Shown here in pieces: positions 17,274 to 27,666 of a DNA stretch of 64,000 bases (positions are counted from its first letter, which is position 1; every line of letters starts with the position of its first letter). The translations under genes were made by a program, and so were the position numbers. This stretch comes from a virus. The stretch spans positions 29,678 through 93,677 of IMG/VR virus record IMGVR_UViG_3300010885_020237; one strand, given 5' to 3'. A model generated the notes under the pieces. That model did not search any database, had not been told where the DNA came from, and saw only the letters and a program-made list of their open reading frames with translations.

Positions 17274-20200
17274 TTATGGTAGATTTGATACATGAATGTG
17301 ATTATCGTGAGTTCCTGCTCTGTCATATCCAAAAGTTAATACAGATTTAGGATTTCCGTTTTCTTGATTTTTTTTATAGCTTAATTTTTCTAATTCGCTC
17401 ACAAATTTATCTACGCTTATTTTAACTTTTTCATCTCTACTTACAGATTTTCCATCTATTATAGATATATCAACTGCGTTTCCGGATTCATGTCTACTTG
17501 TACCAGGATGAGATTTATGCCCTGTTATTGCTGTTGTAATGGTGACTTGTACACCTGCGGATTTAGCCGCATCATTTATGTCTTTTAATAAGCTATCTTT
17601 TATTTTGTCTGTTTCAGGAGTTGAATCTTTTGAGCTAGCAAATGATATATTACTATAGTTTTTACTTTTAGCTATTGAATAATTTGAATAATTTATTGTA
17701 GAATTAAAAATATCAAGAGCGTTATTTTCGATATTAACTATATCTATCGTTTGTTTATTATAAGTTGTGTTTAGTGTCTCACCATTAAAAGCGCCTTGAT
17801 CTTTAATTAATATCATACTACCCTTTATAGAAGTGTCCCATACATTCCCCTGTATAACGTGATTTATTCCCACTGTCGCAAACGCTACTTTGGCATTTTC
17901 AGTTGGATTCTGCACACTTTTAATAGTCGGTGTTTGTCTAGCAGAATAAGTGTAAGGTAAAATCTCTTGCGGTATGGTGAATGCTTGCCCTATATTAAAT
18001 CCAGATATACCGTCAGTTGTAAAATTAACTGATACTGGTATCATTGCGGATGCTCTTGTAGGGCCTTCTTGATTCATTTTTTTACTCATCCTATTAATAT
18101 AATAATTGGTTGCTTGACCTACACTATCTTTATTAGGTTTTGCATTCTTACCATAATAAGATATAATTGTGTCATTAAACTTTTGCGCTGTTATTAACTC
18201 AGAATCATACTTAGCCTCTTGTTTTTGCTGATCTTTTGCTTTATTCGTTTTTATTTCTTCGGGGGTTAATTCTTTTTTTACTGGAATATATCTGTCTAAA
18301 AAAGAATTATTTATAAAACCAAAGCTTGATGCATTGATCGAATTCGCGGATTGATCGCTTGGGTTTGAATTAGCGGATATTGCCACCATATTCGCAAGAT
18401 TGCTTCCTATCTCTGTTTGTATATTAATAGACTTTGCAATGGATTTAACGCCAAACAGCGGAATTTGATCAGTAGCTGTTTGACCGACCTCCTTTTCTCC
18501 AGGTGCTAATGGCTGTATTTGATCATCTACAATTGCAAAACAGTTGGATGGATCATCATAAGAGATTCTAAATACGTTTATGCCACCTAAAGACTTATTT
18601 AAATCTTTTATTAATTGCTCTAAAAATGGTTTTAGGTAAACATCATTCATTCCATCATTGGCAGAAAAATCTTTTATTATATTTAATATGTATTCACAGC
18701 TAACCAATATTTTCATTGTTTTTCCTCTATATGCATCACTTCCTCCTATTTTGGCTCTAAATTCAGGTAATTTTTTAGATATAGCATCATCATTTTCCGG
18801 GTTAAATAAAGCAACATGGTCACCATCAATTGGAGCTTTAATTGATATGCCTGATTTATCATCAGTATATATTGATCCAGATGGAAATAAAGTTGCATAC
18901 TGTGCTTGTGAAGCTTGCATCGGTATTAAAAAATTAAATGCGTCAGTCGTTAATTGTACAGGATTAGTTAAGCAAAAGTTAGTTTCAGGATTATAATCTA
19001 TATATACTACAGGTCTAGGTTTTATTGGACCAGAATTATTATCCGAGGATTTTGATTCGTATATTGTGCACATTGAATTTAATATCATTAATAAAAATCC
19101 TAGTTGCACATATACTGGATGAACTATATCACTTCCTCCTTCTATTGATTGATTAATATCATATGGAACTACATAAACTGTAGTAAGCGCATCATAGTCT
19201 ACTGGGGGAATGCTATCTTCAAGTCTTTTATTGTAGTCTTCCCCATCTGCTTTTGCAGACATATAAGCTGTATTAAATCCGTATTTGGCAAATAAACGCA
19301 TTTTAATATCTGAATTACTACCTATTAAATTGTTTATATAGGCATTGTCTCCAGAATTCCAAGAAAAATCATCATTAATTTTTTTATCAAATAGATTAGA
19401 TAAAAAATCATTATATATTCCGTATTTAAATATGCCATCTATAAACTTTCTATTTTCTTTAGAAGATAATTGATAGGCATTTATTTTAGAACCAATATTT
19501 AAACCATTATCAGTTACCGCTTTAGTTAATGCGTAAAGCTCTATCGATTTTATTGCTAATTCTAAATTAGATTGATATGTTAAAGCTGATGATATCTGTT
19601 TTTGTAGAGTTGTTTGATCTATAGGCACTTCTTTACTTTGATCTTTTGTGTTTTGATCAGCTAAATTTTTAAGTTGATTTTGTATAGATAATAGTTGAGA
19701 TTCTTTTGTTTTTTTTGCATTTTTTTGTTCAAAATCAGTAATCATTGAGACATCGTTAATAAATAGACCTATATTAAGATGATACTTTACATTTTCAGGC
19801 TCGCTTATTATTTCTCCAGAAGGCAATGGTGTAGTTTTTTTCCTTGCGTTTGGTATCTCGATATCTATTTGCTTATAGAGATTTAATCCGATAGTTTTAT
19901 AGTCATTATTATTTATGCTTGTGTCTACATATATTCCCGTGGCGTCGTTGAAGTGGAAACTTCTGTGGAAACTTCTCGCAAAATAATTGTATTTACCTAT
20001 AGAATCTACTTTCCATGGAGTATTGTAGTCTTTTAATTGATCTGATATTAGATCATGTATTTTTAAAGATTGATATGGTATAGATCCATTAAGTGTATCT
20101 AATAGATTTATGCCTTGATCTGATAGATTTATGGTCACATCTGCTCTATAATTTACTTCATTTACAGAATATTGAATAAATGTAACTACATTTTTATTAT

Positions 20201-21722
20201 TTTCTGTTTGTATTTGTCCATAGTTAATATCTTTTCCTATCGTATCATTATATGTAAGAAATTGTGGATAATATAATGTATCTGTAAAAGATAGTATGTA
20301 AGTAAAATCTTTATCACTAGTCAAGGATGGCAGTAATGTACTTTTATTTTGTGATAAATTATTAATTGAATTTTGAATTCCAAAATTTGGAAAATTTGGA
20401 TTAAAAAATTTATCATTTACATTAAATTTATTGTTTAATATGTCTAAATTTAAGTTAATCTTTGTATCTTCTGCTGCAAAGTCTGTCGCGACTAGAAAGT
20501 TTCTAACTTGTGGAATAGCAAATTGATCTTTATTAAATTTATTATTAAAATAAAATGTATATCTGTTAAGACTTGAATCACTTTGCAATAGAATAAGATC
20601 TTTTACTGTTTGTTGTAAATTAGCATTTAATCTAAACGTGTTAGAAGAATCTGAACTATTTATTATGGAAAAACCAGGATCATTTGACCACCCATTATAA
20701 ATGTCTTCATAGTAAGAATCCCCGCTAACATTTACCTCTAATTTTTTCTTTTCTTCAGCGAATTGCTCTTCTAATAATTTATTTCTTTTTTCTTGCTCTT
20801 CTTGCTCCTTTTTACTTGTTATTAAATTTATATATTGTCTAATTTGAAGATTTACTATAGTGGGTAAATTAGAAGGGTTATTTATTTTTAATGATCCTCC
20901 TAATGCGCCTAATCCAATTACTTTAATCATACAATCATATCCTGAATCTTGATTATAGGAAAATGTAAAATTGGTTACAATTCCAAGCATGCCATCATAA
21001 TTACCACCAGTAGCTCTTACATTTTGAGCTATTTTAAGATTGATGGTTTCTTTTGTCATACCCTTCTCAAAAGGATTTAATGCATTAAATTCTGTATAAT
21101 CAAATTGATTTTTATTGGCAAATTCACTAAGGCTTTTAACATATACTGTGTGGCCCCATTCAATTAACATTGTGTATCCCAATTTAAAATATAGAGCATC
21201 AATAATATCTAATTCAGCCTTAGACCATACTTTAAAATTAATAGTTGCCATTCTAATAGAACCTAATCTGCCTTGAGTATCTATCGTTGCGTCTGTGATA
21301 CCTGGCATTGGTCTATATCCAGAGGTTTGAATCTCTTTATCACCTAACATTCCATAAGCTCCATCTTTTCCAAGACCTGATCGTAAAACTGATTTACTTG
21401 GATCTAAATATTGAGAAGTTCCGCCGAATAAAACATATTTTTTTGCCAAATCTTCTGCGTTAGATAGATCTGATATGCCTAACGTGTATTTAAAATAGTC
21501 AATATCATTCAATAAAGCAGTGTCTTTATCTGCATTTATATTGATTGAAGATACTACTCTAATCCAAGCAGTTTTATTCGCTCTATATATTGCGTTAAGA
21601 TCTTCTTGACCTTTTGTTGCGCCGAAATAGGTATAATTAGATCTTATAGCGATTTGATCTTTTATCCACTGTGGTAATGCGGTTCCAAATACATTGGATA
21701 TTTTATTGTCAAGAGATGGCAT
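17274..21722 (-). CDS. Large baseplate hub / tail-associated protein with C-terminal zinc peptidase (M15/LAS-type)
   Basis: 1482 aa, downstream of tape measure and baseplate genes; C-terminal SRHESGNAVD (HxxxxxxD) and HDNHIHVS (HxH). Confidence 0.7.
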   Translation of the reverse strand: MPSLDNKISNVFGTALPQWIKDQIAIRSNYTYFGATKGQEDLNAIYRANKTAWIRVVSSININADKDTALLNDIDYFKYTLGISDLSNAEDLAKKYVLFGGTSQYLDPSKSVLRSGLGKDGAYGMLGDKEIQTSGYRPMPGITDATIDTQGRLGSIRMATINFKVWSKAELDIIDALYFKLGYTMLIEWGHTVYVKSLSEFANKNQFDYTEFNALNPFEKGMTKETINLKIAQNVRATGGNYDGMLGIVTNFTFSYNQDSGYDCMIKVIGLGALGGSLKINNPSNLPTIVNLQIRQYINLITSKKEQEEQEKRNKLLEEQFAEEKKKLEVNVSGDSYYEDIYNGWSNDPGFSIINSSDSSNTFRLNANLQQTVKDLILLQSDSSLNRYTFYFNNKFNKDQFAIPQVRNFLVATDFAAEDTKINLNLDILNNKFNVNDKFFNPNFPNFGIQNSINNLSQNKSTLLPSLTSDKDFTYILSFTDTLYYPQFLTYNDTIGKDINYGQIQTENNKNVVTFIQYSVNEVNYRADVTINLSDQGINLLDTLNGSIPYQSLKIHDLISDQLKDYNTPWKVDSIGKYNYFARSFHRSFHFNDATGIYVDTSINNNDYKTIGLNLYKQIDIEIPNARKKTTPLPSGEIISEPENVKYHLNIGLFINDVSMITDFEQKNAKKTKESQLLSIQNQLKNLADQNTKDQSKEVPIDQTTLQKQISSALTYQSNLELAIKSIELYALTKAVTDNGLNIGSKINAYQLSSKENRKFIDGIFKYGIYNDFLSNLFDKKINDDFSWNSGDNAYINNLIGSNSDIKMRLFAKYGFNTAYMSAKADGEDYNKRLEDSIPPVDYDALTTVYVVPYDINQSIEGGSDIVHPVYVQLGFLLMILNSMCTIYESKSSDNNSGPIKPRPVVYIDYNPETNFCLTNPVQLTTDAFNFLIPMQASQAQYATLFPSGSIYTDDKSGISIKAPIDGDHVALFNPENDDAISKKLPEFRAKIGGSDAYRGKTMKILVSCEYILNIIKDFSANDGMNDVYLKPFLEQLIKDLNKSLGGINVFRISYDDPSNCFAIVDDQIQPLAPGEKEVGQTATDQIPLFGVKSIAKSINIQTEIGSNLANMVAISANSNPSDQSANSINASSFGFINNSFLDRYIPVKKELTPEEIKTNKAKDQQKQEAKYDSELITAQKFNDTIISYYGKNAKPNKDSVGQATNYYINRMSKKMNQEGPTRASAMIPVSVNFTTDGISGFNIGQAFTIPQEILPYTYSARQTPTIKSVQNPTENAKVAFATVGINHVIQGNVWDTSIKGSMILIKDQGAFNGETLNTTYNKQTIDIVNIENNALDIFNSTINYSNYSIAKSKNYSNISFASSKDSTPETDKIKDSLLKDINDAAKSAGVQVTITTAITGHKSHPGTSRHESGNAVDISIIDGKSVSRDEKVKISVDKFVSELEKLSYKKNQENGNPKSVLTFGYDRAGTHDNHIHVSNLP

Positions 21723-22031
21723 TTATCTAATAGAGTTTACTTGTTTGTAACTATTTACGATTCCCACTATATTAGTAGGTACTCGCAATTGTATTCCTAT
21801 TGGAGGATATAGGGAATCTCCTGATAGTGAATTAGCAGATGCTAATATCCACCAAAAGTCTACATCTCCATAAAAATTTTGCGCTAATATATCTAATCTA
21901 TCGCCTAAAGTTGTAATTATATAATTATCATTATCGATTACAGGAATATCGGGATAAATATTATTTAAGAAGTATCTAGCTCCTACAGAATTAACTTTTG
22001 TTGATGGTATAGTTTGATATCTATTGTACAT
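21723..22031 (-). CDS. LysM-like baseplate protein
   Basis: GDRLDILAQNFYGDVDFWWILASAN...GIQLRVP. Confidence 0.8.
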   Translation of the reverse strand: MYNRYQTIPSTKVNSVGARYFLNNIYPDIPVIDNDNYIITTLGDRLDILAQNFYGDVDFWWILASANSLSGDSLYPPIGIQLRVPTNIVGIVNSYKQVNSIR

Positions 22032-22035
22032 AATC

Positions 22036-23763
22036 TTATACTTTAATCTTTGGTAAATTGTTTAAATCGATTGTATTTTTAAACATATTTTTACCTTTTG
22101 TATAGTTTTTTTGTAATTCTGTTGCCGCTTTTTCTTGTTGGGGAGTAAGTGGTGGTGGACGTAGGGCATTATTAGATTTTGCGGTCACATAGTCTTTATT
22201 TCCTATTATTGCAGTTCCTACTGTTTTATCCTTATTGCCTCCAGGTACCCAACGTCTAGGTAATTCATCGAATATAGGATCGAATCCAACAGATACATCT
22301 ATCATTTTAGGCAATTGTCCGCCATTTGCTCTTGTTCCTTCAATTTCCCATGCGGTATTATTATCAACCGTTAAATTTACTGATGTCAATATTCCTGGCA
22401 TTCTGTATAAATAGTCTCCTAAAGTTAATTTCACTAAAGGAGCTCTCATAAATCCTGACGCAGAATAATCTGGATACACTTGCGACACTAAATAATTTAA
22501 TTTATTATAAAGTGGCTGCATTTCTTCTTGAGAAAATGCAACTACTCTAAATCCAAAACTTATTGATCTTTGAAAGCCTTGATAGGTTTTAAAAGTTTCA
22601 CCTCTACCCATGTATTTAAATGAATTCCATTCTCCAGTATTACTATCAGAAATTCCGCTAGTTAAAAATGCTCTAAATATAAGAGGTATAGATTCTCCAG
22701 GATAATCATTACTCATACATTCAAAACCAAACTTGATAACATCTTTATTATCAGTTAAATTTGTATAAGGATCTTTATCAGTTAATTTAAATTCATTAAA
22801 TTTATTAAGTTTATCTTTGCCATCAACAAAAAAGTTATAATCTACTCCATTAGCAAAATAATAATCCATTTGCGATTCAGAATCAATAACATTTCTAAAA
22901 TCAGGAAAAGATTTAGTATTCATATTCTTGGAATACCCAGACTTTATTATATTTCGATTCATAATATTATTATAACTCATAGCAAACATATTGCCCTTTA
23001 AATCATATGCTTCCTCTGTGTTTGTTGATCTTTTTATAGTAGTAGATCCAACTCCATATACGGATCCCGGTCCGCCTAAATATTGAAATAGCAAATTATT
23101 ATTTAGACTAATTCCAAGTCTATTAACAGTGTTTATATTTTGAACATCTCTTGGCTTTTCTAGCTTAAGTTTTGCAAGTATTAATAATCTATTTGTGTCT
23201 TGTAAATTAGTTCCGGTAAGTAATTTTTCTGCTCCAACTATATTCATATAATACTTAGAAAAAGTATCAATTGGAAATAAGCCGTGTCTAGGAATATGTG
23301 TTCCTGTTCCAGAAGCTAAAACTTGCGCTAATGTGTTTTGACCGTTATTGTATACTCTAGTATTTTCTATTACATCTAAATTAAGAGTTCCTCCCAATAA
23401 AGAGTTTAATCCACTAAGACCACCAATAGATTGGCCAGTTTGCATTTTTGGATTAGATAATTGAAGACCAATTTGTTTTTGTAAAAACGCAGATCCTCTT
23501 GGTTTATCGTTAAAGAATTTTTTGATTCTATCTTTATCGATTTGTCCATTTAATAAAGCCGTTTGACCATTAATAAGACCTCCTCTAATTGGATAATCTA
23601 ATCCGTTTATATTATTATTGTAGAAAGCTAATGCAGTAGGAGACGCAGTACCTAAATCAGGTATCGGAAACTGTTCATATGGTTGCCCAGACCAACCGTT
23701 TCCAAGTCTATCGCTACCAAATTTAAGAGACTTTAAAGAGGTTTTTAAATTTATTAAAGGCAT
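22036..23763 (-). CDS. Baseplate / tail-tube initiator-like protein
   Basis: FRAFLT...W...YMGRGE...YQGFQRSISFGF...PLVKLTLGD...PGILTSV; follows the tape measure. Confidence 0.65.
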   Translation of the reverse strand: MPLINLKTSLKSLKFGSDRLGNGWSGQPYEQFPIPDLGTASPTALAFYNNNINGLDYPIRGGLINGQTALLNGQIDKDRIKKFFNDKPRGSAFLQKQIGLQLSNPKMQTGQSIGGLSGLNSLLGGTLNLDVIENTRVYNNGQNTLAQVLASGTGTHIPRHGLFPIDTFSKYYMNIVGAEKLLTGTNLQDTNRLLILAKLKLEKPRDVQNINTVNRLGISLNNNLLFQYLGGPGSVYGVGSTTIKRSTNTEEAYDLKGNMFAMSYNNIMNRNIIKSGYSKNMNTKSFPDFRNVIDSESQMDYYFANGVDYNFFVDGKDKLNKFNEFKLTDKDPYTNLTDNKDVIKFGFECMSNDYPGESIPLIFRAFLTSGISDSNTGEWNSFKYMGRGETFKTYQGFQRSISFGFRVVAFSQEEMQPLYNKLNYLVSQVYPDYSASGFMRAPLVKLTLGDYLYRMPGILTSVNLTVDNNTAWEIEGTRANGGQLPKMIDVSVGFDPIFDELPRRWVPGGNKDKTVGTAIIGNKDYVTAKSNNALRPPPLTPQQEKAATELQKNYTKGKNMFKNTIDLNNLPKIKV

Positions 23764-23788
23764 AATTAACGTGTTTATTATTTATTTA

Positions 23789-25996
23789 TTAGTAACCTGT
23801 TTGCCAATCTGTCTCTTTGTGAGTAGACTCATTATAAACTTTCCATTGAGTTTTTGAAGGATCACGTGGATCTCGCCTTTGTTCAACTCTTAAATTAACA
23901 TTGGTTTCTCCAGGTTTAATTAATCCCGCTGATACCGCCATTTGATTCATATTCGCTGATTTTTTTGCAGCATTGGCAGATACTGATTCGCCTCCTAGAT
24001 CTCCGCCAATCGCTCTAATTTGAGCTCCCATATTCGCGGATCCTTCTTTAATGCTTTCTATAAAATCATTTGGTATTTGACCAAACGCTACGTAATCTAA
24101 TCCTTCTAAAATATAATAAGCAGCTTTACCAATGAATTCAACTGCGGTGGCGAAAAAGTCTCTAACACCTTCTATTACTTTTCTGATATTTTCTGGTTTT
24201 GATAGATAATCAAAAAAGCTTTCTATCTTTTCAATAATTCCGCTTTTTTCAACAAAATCAGCTATAGATTGTTGTATTTTTTCCGTAAAAGCTCCAATTT
24301 TTTCTTGTATAGAAGAATTTGTTAAGTTTTGATAGGCTTCTTCGCCTGTTAATTTTACTATCTCTTCTTTAGTTTTTCCTTGCGCTTTTAAAGCTTGTAC
24401 TTTTGCTTGAGCGTCTTTAAGATCTCTTGCTCCTAATCGACTTAATAGCTCTTGCTGTTTAAGCATATCACCCAATTGATCTCTGGACATCCCGAAAGCT
24501 TTGGCCATTGATTCAGCTTGAATTCTATTCATGCTTAAAAATTGAGAAGAATTTCCTACTTGCGTTGATATCTCTTCAGCAGCGCCTGCTAAATCGTTAT
24601 TTAAGAAAAGCTCTCTGGCTTTAGACAAATTAATGTTTTTCCCAGTTAATAATTGAGCTTCAAATTCACTTGATATACTTGATTCAAAATCTAAAAACGA
24701 ACTTGCTAATGAATCTAATTGCTTTAATTCTAATCCCATTGATTTAACAGTAACTAAAGACTTGGTTAATTTTTCTGGATATTTCGCAAAAGAAAGTCCC
24801 AAATAGCCTCCAAAACTAGAGGCTTCTTTAAGTACTTTTTCATATTGAAAACTTATGCCTGTTGCATTTTTTAAAGCGCCAACTTGAGAAAGAATTGATT
24901 CAGTAGTTCCCTGTGCAGATTTTCCAGTAAGAATAGAAGATTCAAGAATAGCTTTTCTAGACTCTAATTCAAGACCTGGTATATCTTTTAGGTTGATACT
25001 AGTCATTAATTGTTCGTTCGTAAGTCGATTAGTAACTCCCAAAGCGTCAACCATTTCCAATTGCGCGTCTACCATTCTTTGAGAATTCACAAATAAATCT
25101 CCGCTAGTAATACTAAGATCCGCGAATTCCATTTTTATCTTTCTAGCCTCTTGGATAGAAATGTTCATGCCTCTTGCGAACTTAACTGTTTTGTCTTGTA
25201 TTCCTACTATATAATCGAACGCCGATTTTAATCCGCTGACGATTCCGCCAATTGCGCCACCTATAAGAGGTAACATAGTTAATGGATCTTTTAAAGCTTC
25301 ACCTATTCCTCCTGCTGCAGCTTTTCCTAAACTTTTTAATTTATCACCAAAAGTAAATTTTTCGCCTCGCTTATTTAATTCTTTGGCGTGTTCAACCATA
25401 TCTTCAAAGTAATCATTACCTAATCCTAAATTTTTAGCTAGACCTCCCATTACTTTACCAGTAAATCCTATACTTTTTGATACTTCTTTTTCTATAGCTA
25501 ATTGCTCTTTCGCAATAGCTAAACTTTCTTCTCCTATTTTTACTGTTTGAAGTGCATTTGCATAACTTTGTTCATCTATAGAAAGAATTTCAAATAAATT
25601 ATCTTTCGTTTCAATTAACATTGCTTGTTCTTGCTCTAGTAGTTTTTTTTCTGCGCCGGTAGAAGTGTTTATTTGGTCTTGTAAATTATTAATAAATTTT
25701 AAATTATCTAAATAATCTTTTACAGCATCGGTATTTGCGTATTCTAAATCTGTTAATTGTTTTTTAGCTGTATACTGTTTTTCTGTAGCTCTTTGAATCT
25801 CTTTATTTATGTCTTTAATATTTATAGAACTTGTACTCATGGAATTTATACGAGCTTCTAATTTTTCGTATGATCTATCCATTTGTTTTAACAGATTAAG
25901 ACTATCCTTTATAATGTCTTGAAAGTCTGTTTCACTCTTTAGCCTTCTTTTACTATCTTCTTGTAGATCTTTACTTATTTTTTTATCTGCAGCCAT
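23789..25996 (-). CDS. Tape measure protein
   Basis: 735 aa, helical/coiled-coil character, FLDFESSISSEFEAQLLTGK; directly after the tube and chaperone genes. Confidence 0.75.
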   Translation of the reverse strand: MAADKKISKDLQEDSKRRLKSETDFQDIIKDSLNLLKQMDRSYEKLEARINSMSTSSINIKDINKEIQRATEKQYTAKKQLTDLEYANTDAVKDYLDNLKFINNLQDQINTSTGAEKKLLEQEQAMLIETKDNLFEILSIDEQSYANALQTVKIGEESLAIAKEQLAIEKEVSKSIGFTGKVMGGLAKNLGLGNDYFEDMVEHAKELNKRGEKFTFGDKLKSLGKAAAGGIGEALKDPLTMLPLIGGAIGGIVSGLKSAFDYIVGIQDKTVKFARGMNISIQEARKIKMEFADLSITSGDLFVNSQRMVDAQLEMVDALGVTNRLTNEQLMTSINLKDIPGLELESRKAILESSILTGKSAQGTTESILSQVGALKNATGISFQYEKVLKEASSFGGYLGLSFAKYPEKLTKSLVTVKSMGLELKQLDSLASSFLDFESSISSEFEAQLLTGKNINLSKARELFLNNDLAGAAEEISTQVGNSSQFLSMNRIQAESMAKAFGMSRDQLGDMLKQQELLSRLGARDLKDAQAKVQALKAQGKTKEEIVKLTGEEAYQNLTNSSIQEKIGAFTEKIQQSIADFVEKSGIIEKIESFFDYLSKPENIRKVIEGVRDFFATAVEFIGKAAYYILEGLDYVAFGQIPNDFIESIKEGSANMGAQIRAIGGDLGGESVSANAAKKSANMNQMAVSAGLIKPGETNVNLRVEQRRDPRDPSKTQWKVYNESTHKETDWQTGY

Positions 25997-26033
25997 CTAT
26001 AGTTTGTTTCTTAGATATAAATATCGTTCTAAC

Positions 26034-26330
26034 CTATTTCTTTGATTTTACTTTTGATACATACGTAGGCTCCTTCTGCGAAGCTTTGTTCACATGATCA
26101 GGTATTTGCACCATTGTTTTAGGATCAGTCTTGTCCGTTAGTTTTTCATTACCTTTATTCTTTAACTCTTCTACCTTCTCGAGGTGCTCGTTAATCTTTT
26201 TAAGATTGAAACGTCTATGTGGAACCGGCATGTGCCACACCTCAGAATAACTAAAGCCTCCTCCCCCGTGATATACGAGTTCAAAGACTTCAGTCATAAA
26301 GATATTTTTATACGATGCCGAGGCCGGGAA
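26034..26330 (-). CDS. Tail assembly chaperone, downstream part (probably reached by frameshift)
   Basis: ELVYHGGGGFSYSEVWHMPV..R; overlaps the end of 26308..27072 across a UUU UUU CCC run. The right boundary is approximate. Confidence 0.6.
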   Translation of the reverse strand, partial: FPASASYKNIFMTEVFELVYHGGGGFSYSEVWHMPVPHRRFNLKKINEHLEKVEELKNKGNEKLTDKTDPKTMVQIPDHVNKASQKEPTYVSKVKSKK

Positions 26331-27072
26331 AAAAGAATTCCGCTCCCATCGGTACATCGATAACTAATTCAGTTCCATCTTTAAAAGTAATGGTCGTAGA
26401 CATATCGATGTCTGGAGTTACTTGTGCAATATATCTTCTAAGAGGATTAGAATCTCTAGCCAATAAAGCGCCTGAATCTATAAAGTCCCTAACAGTTTTT
26501 TGTGTTCTGTCTCCATTAACTGAAGTGATTTGATATTTTAATCTTTCACTTGCTCCTGGTTCGTAGCCTAAACTTTTTTTAATTGCTTTAGCCTCTTCAT
26601 CAATTTTCTTATCGTCATCTACAGTTAAGATTTTAAATGTAACCACATTTTTACTGTAAGGCAATTCAAAAGTAACTTCTCCATTTTCAAAAAGGGACAA
26701 ATCTACTTCTTTATAATTTAATTTTTGTAGATCCACTACAATAGCTTCTTCTTCTCCTGTATTAGGATTCTTAACCATTAAATTATAGTCTTTGCCATAA
26801 CCTAAGATTCTCGCTGCAATTAGAAGCGCATTCCTGTCGCCCAGTAACAGATCCTCGTACGTGATCGGGGTTTTAATAAGTGACTTAAGCATCTTCTCTA
26901 TCGCTAAGCCCTGACGTAACAGGTTCACATTGGTGAGTATATCCTCAGTTTTAGCAGTCATATAAGCCATCTCTACCTCTCCTGAGGCTAAAGCGCTATC
27001 TGCTGGGTACAATTTACCTTTACTAGGTAAGTCAATCATTTCTGTCGGTGCGGTAAACTTTGATTCTGCCAT
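26308..27072 (-). CDS. Tail/baseplate-hub assembly chaperone (T4 gp26-like)
   Basis: IDLPSKGKLYP, MTAKTEDIL, LLLGDRNALLIAARILGYG, C-terminal EFFFP; lies between tube and tape measure. Confidence 0.75.
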   Translation of the reverse strand: MAESKFTAPTEMIDLPSKGKLYPADSALASGEVEMAYMTAKTEDILTNVNLLRQGLAIEKMLKSLIKTPITYEDLLLGDRNALLIAARILGYGKDYNLMVKNPNTGEEEAIVVDLQKLNYKEVDLSLFENGEVTFELPYSKNVVTFKILTVDDDKKIDEEAKAIKKSLGYEPGASERLKYQITSVNGDRTQKTVRDFIDSGALLARDSNPLRRYIAQVTPDIDMSTTITFKDGTELVIDVPMGAEFFFPGLGIV

Positions 27073-27121
27073 AAATTATTTGTTGTTTTATATAAATATA
27101 CAAATACGAAGTTTTCCTGCA

Positions 27122-27150
27122 TAAAAAAAGACTGCGGTGAAGCAATCTTT
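27122..27150 (-). terminator. Rho-independent terminator after the tail tube gene
   Basis: AAAGAUUGC[UUCACC]GCAGUCUUU followed by further U residues. Confidence 0.75.
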
Positions 27151-27174
27151 CTTTTTATTGATGTGTGGTTTTGC

Positions 27175-27660
27175 CTAGTAATTTAGTTCTGCGTAGTCGA
27201 GTCCTAAAGTCAATGTTAATTCTGTAGGATCTGCTGTTGCCCAATCGTAAGAACCGAAAGAGGTTTCTTTAATGAAAGCTCCTTTGATAATCCACTCAGA
27301 GACTATGTCTCCAACTGGTCCTAAGATAGCTAAGCTACAATCTTTCTTATAAAAGTCAGAATAACCGTCTCTACCTGTAACTGATTCGTGGTGTAATCTT
27401 ACCCATTCCATAATGGCTTGTTGGCCTGATGGAGAGATTGGACTGTATAAAGACAAGTTAATGTCTTTCCACTCTGCTTTACCTTTTAATTTGCGATAAA
27501 CGTTAATGTGTTCAATCTTTATTTCACCCAAGGTAACACCAGGAGCGTCAGCCTTTTTAATTAGATAAGAAGGAATACCGTCTAGATAGAATACGAAGCG
27601 ATTCTGAACCATTGGTTCGAAGGCGGTAAACATTATTTCATTGCTATCCAAAATTGGCAT
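27175..27660 (-). CDS. Tail tube protein (T4 gp19-like)
   Basis: FEPMVQNRF, KGKAEW..I.L.LY.PI, EWVRLHHESVTGRDGYSDFYKKD, W.IKGAF; downstream of the sheath. Confidence 0.88.
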   Translation of the reverse strand: MPILDSNEIMFTAFEPMVQNRFVFYLDGIPSYLIKKADAPGVTLGEIKIEHINVYRKLKGKAEWKDINLSLYSPISPSGQQAIMEWVRLHHESVTGRDGYSDFYKKDCSLAILGPVGDIVSEWIIKGAFIKETSFGSYDWATADPTELTLTLGLDYAELNY

Positions 27661-27666
27661 AATATT

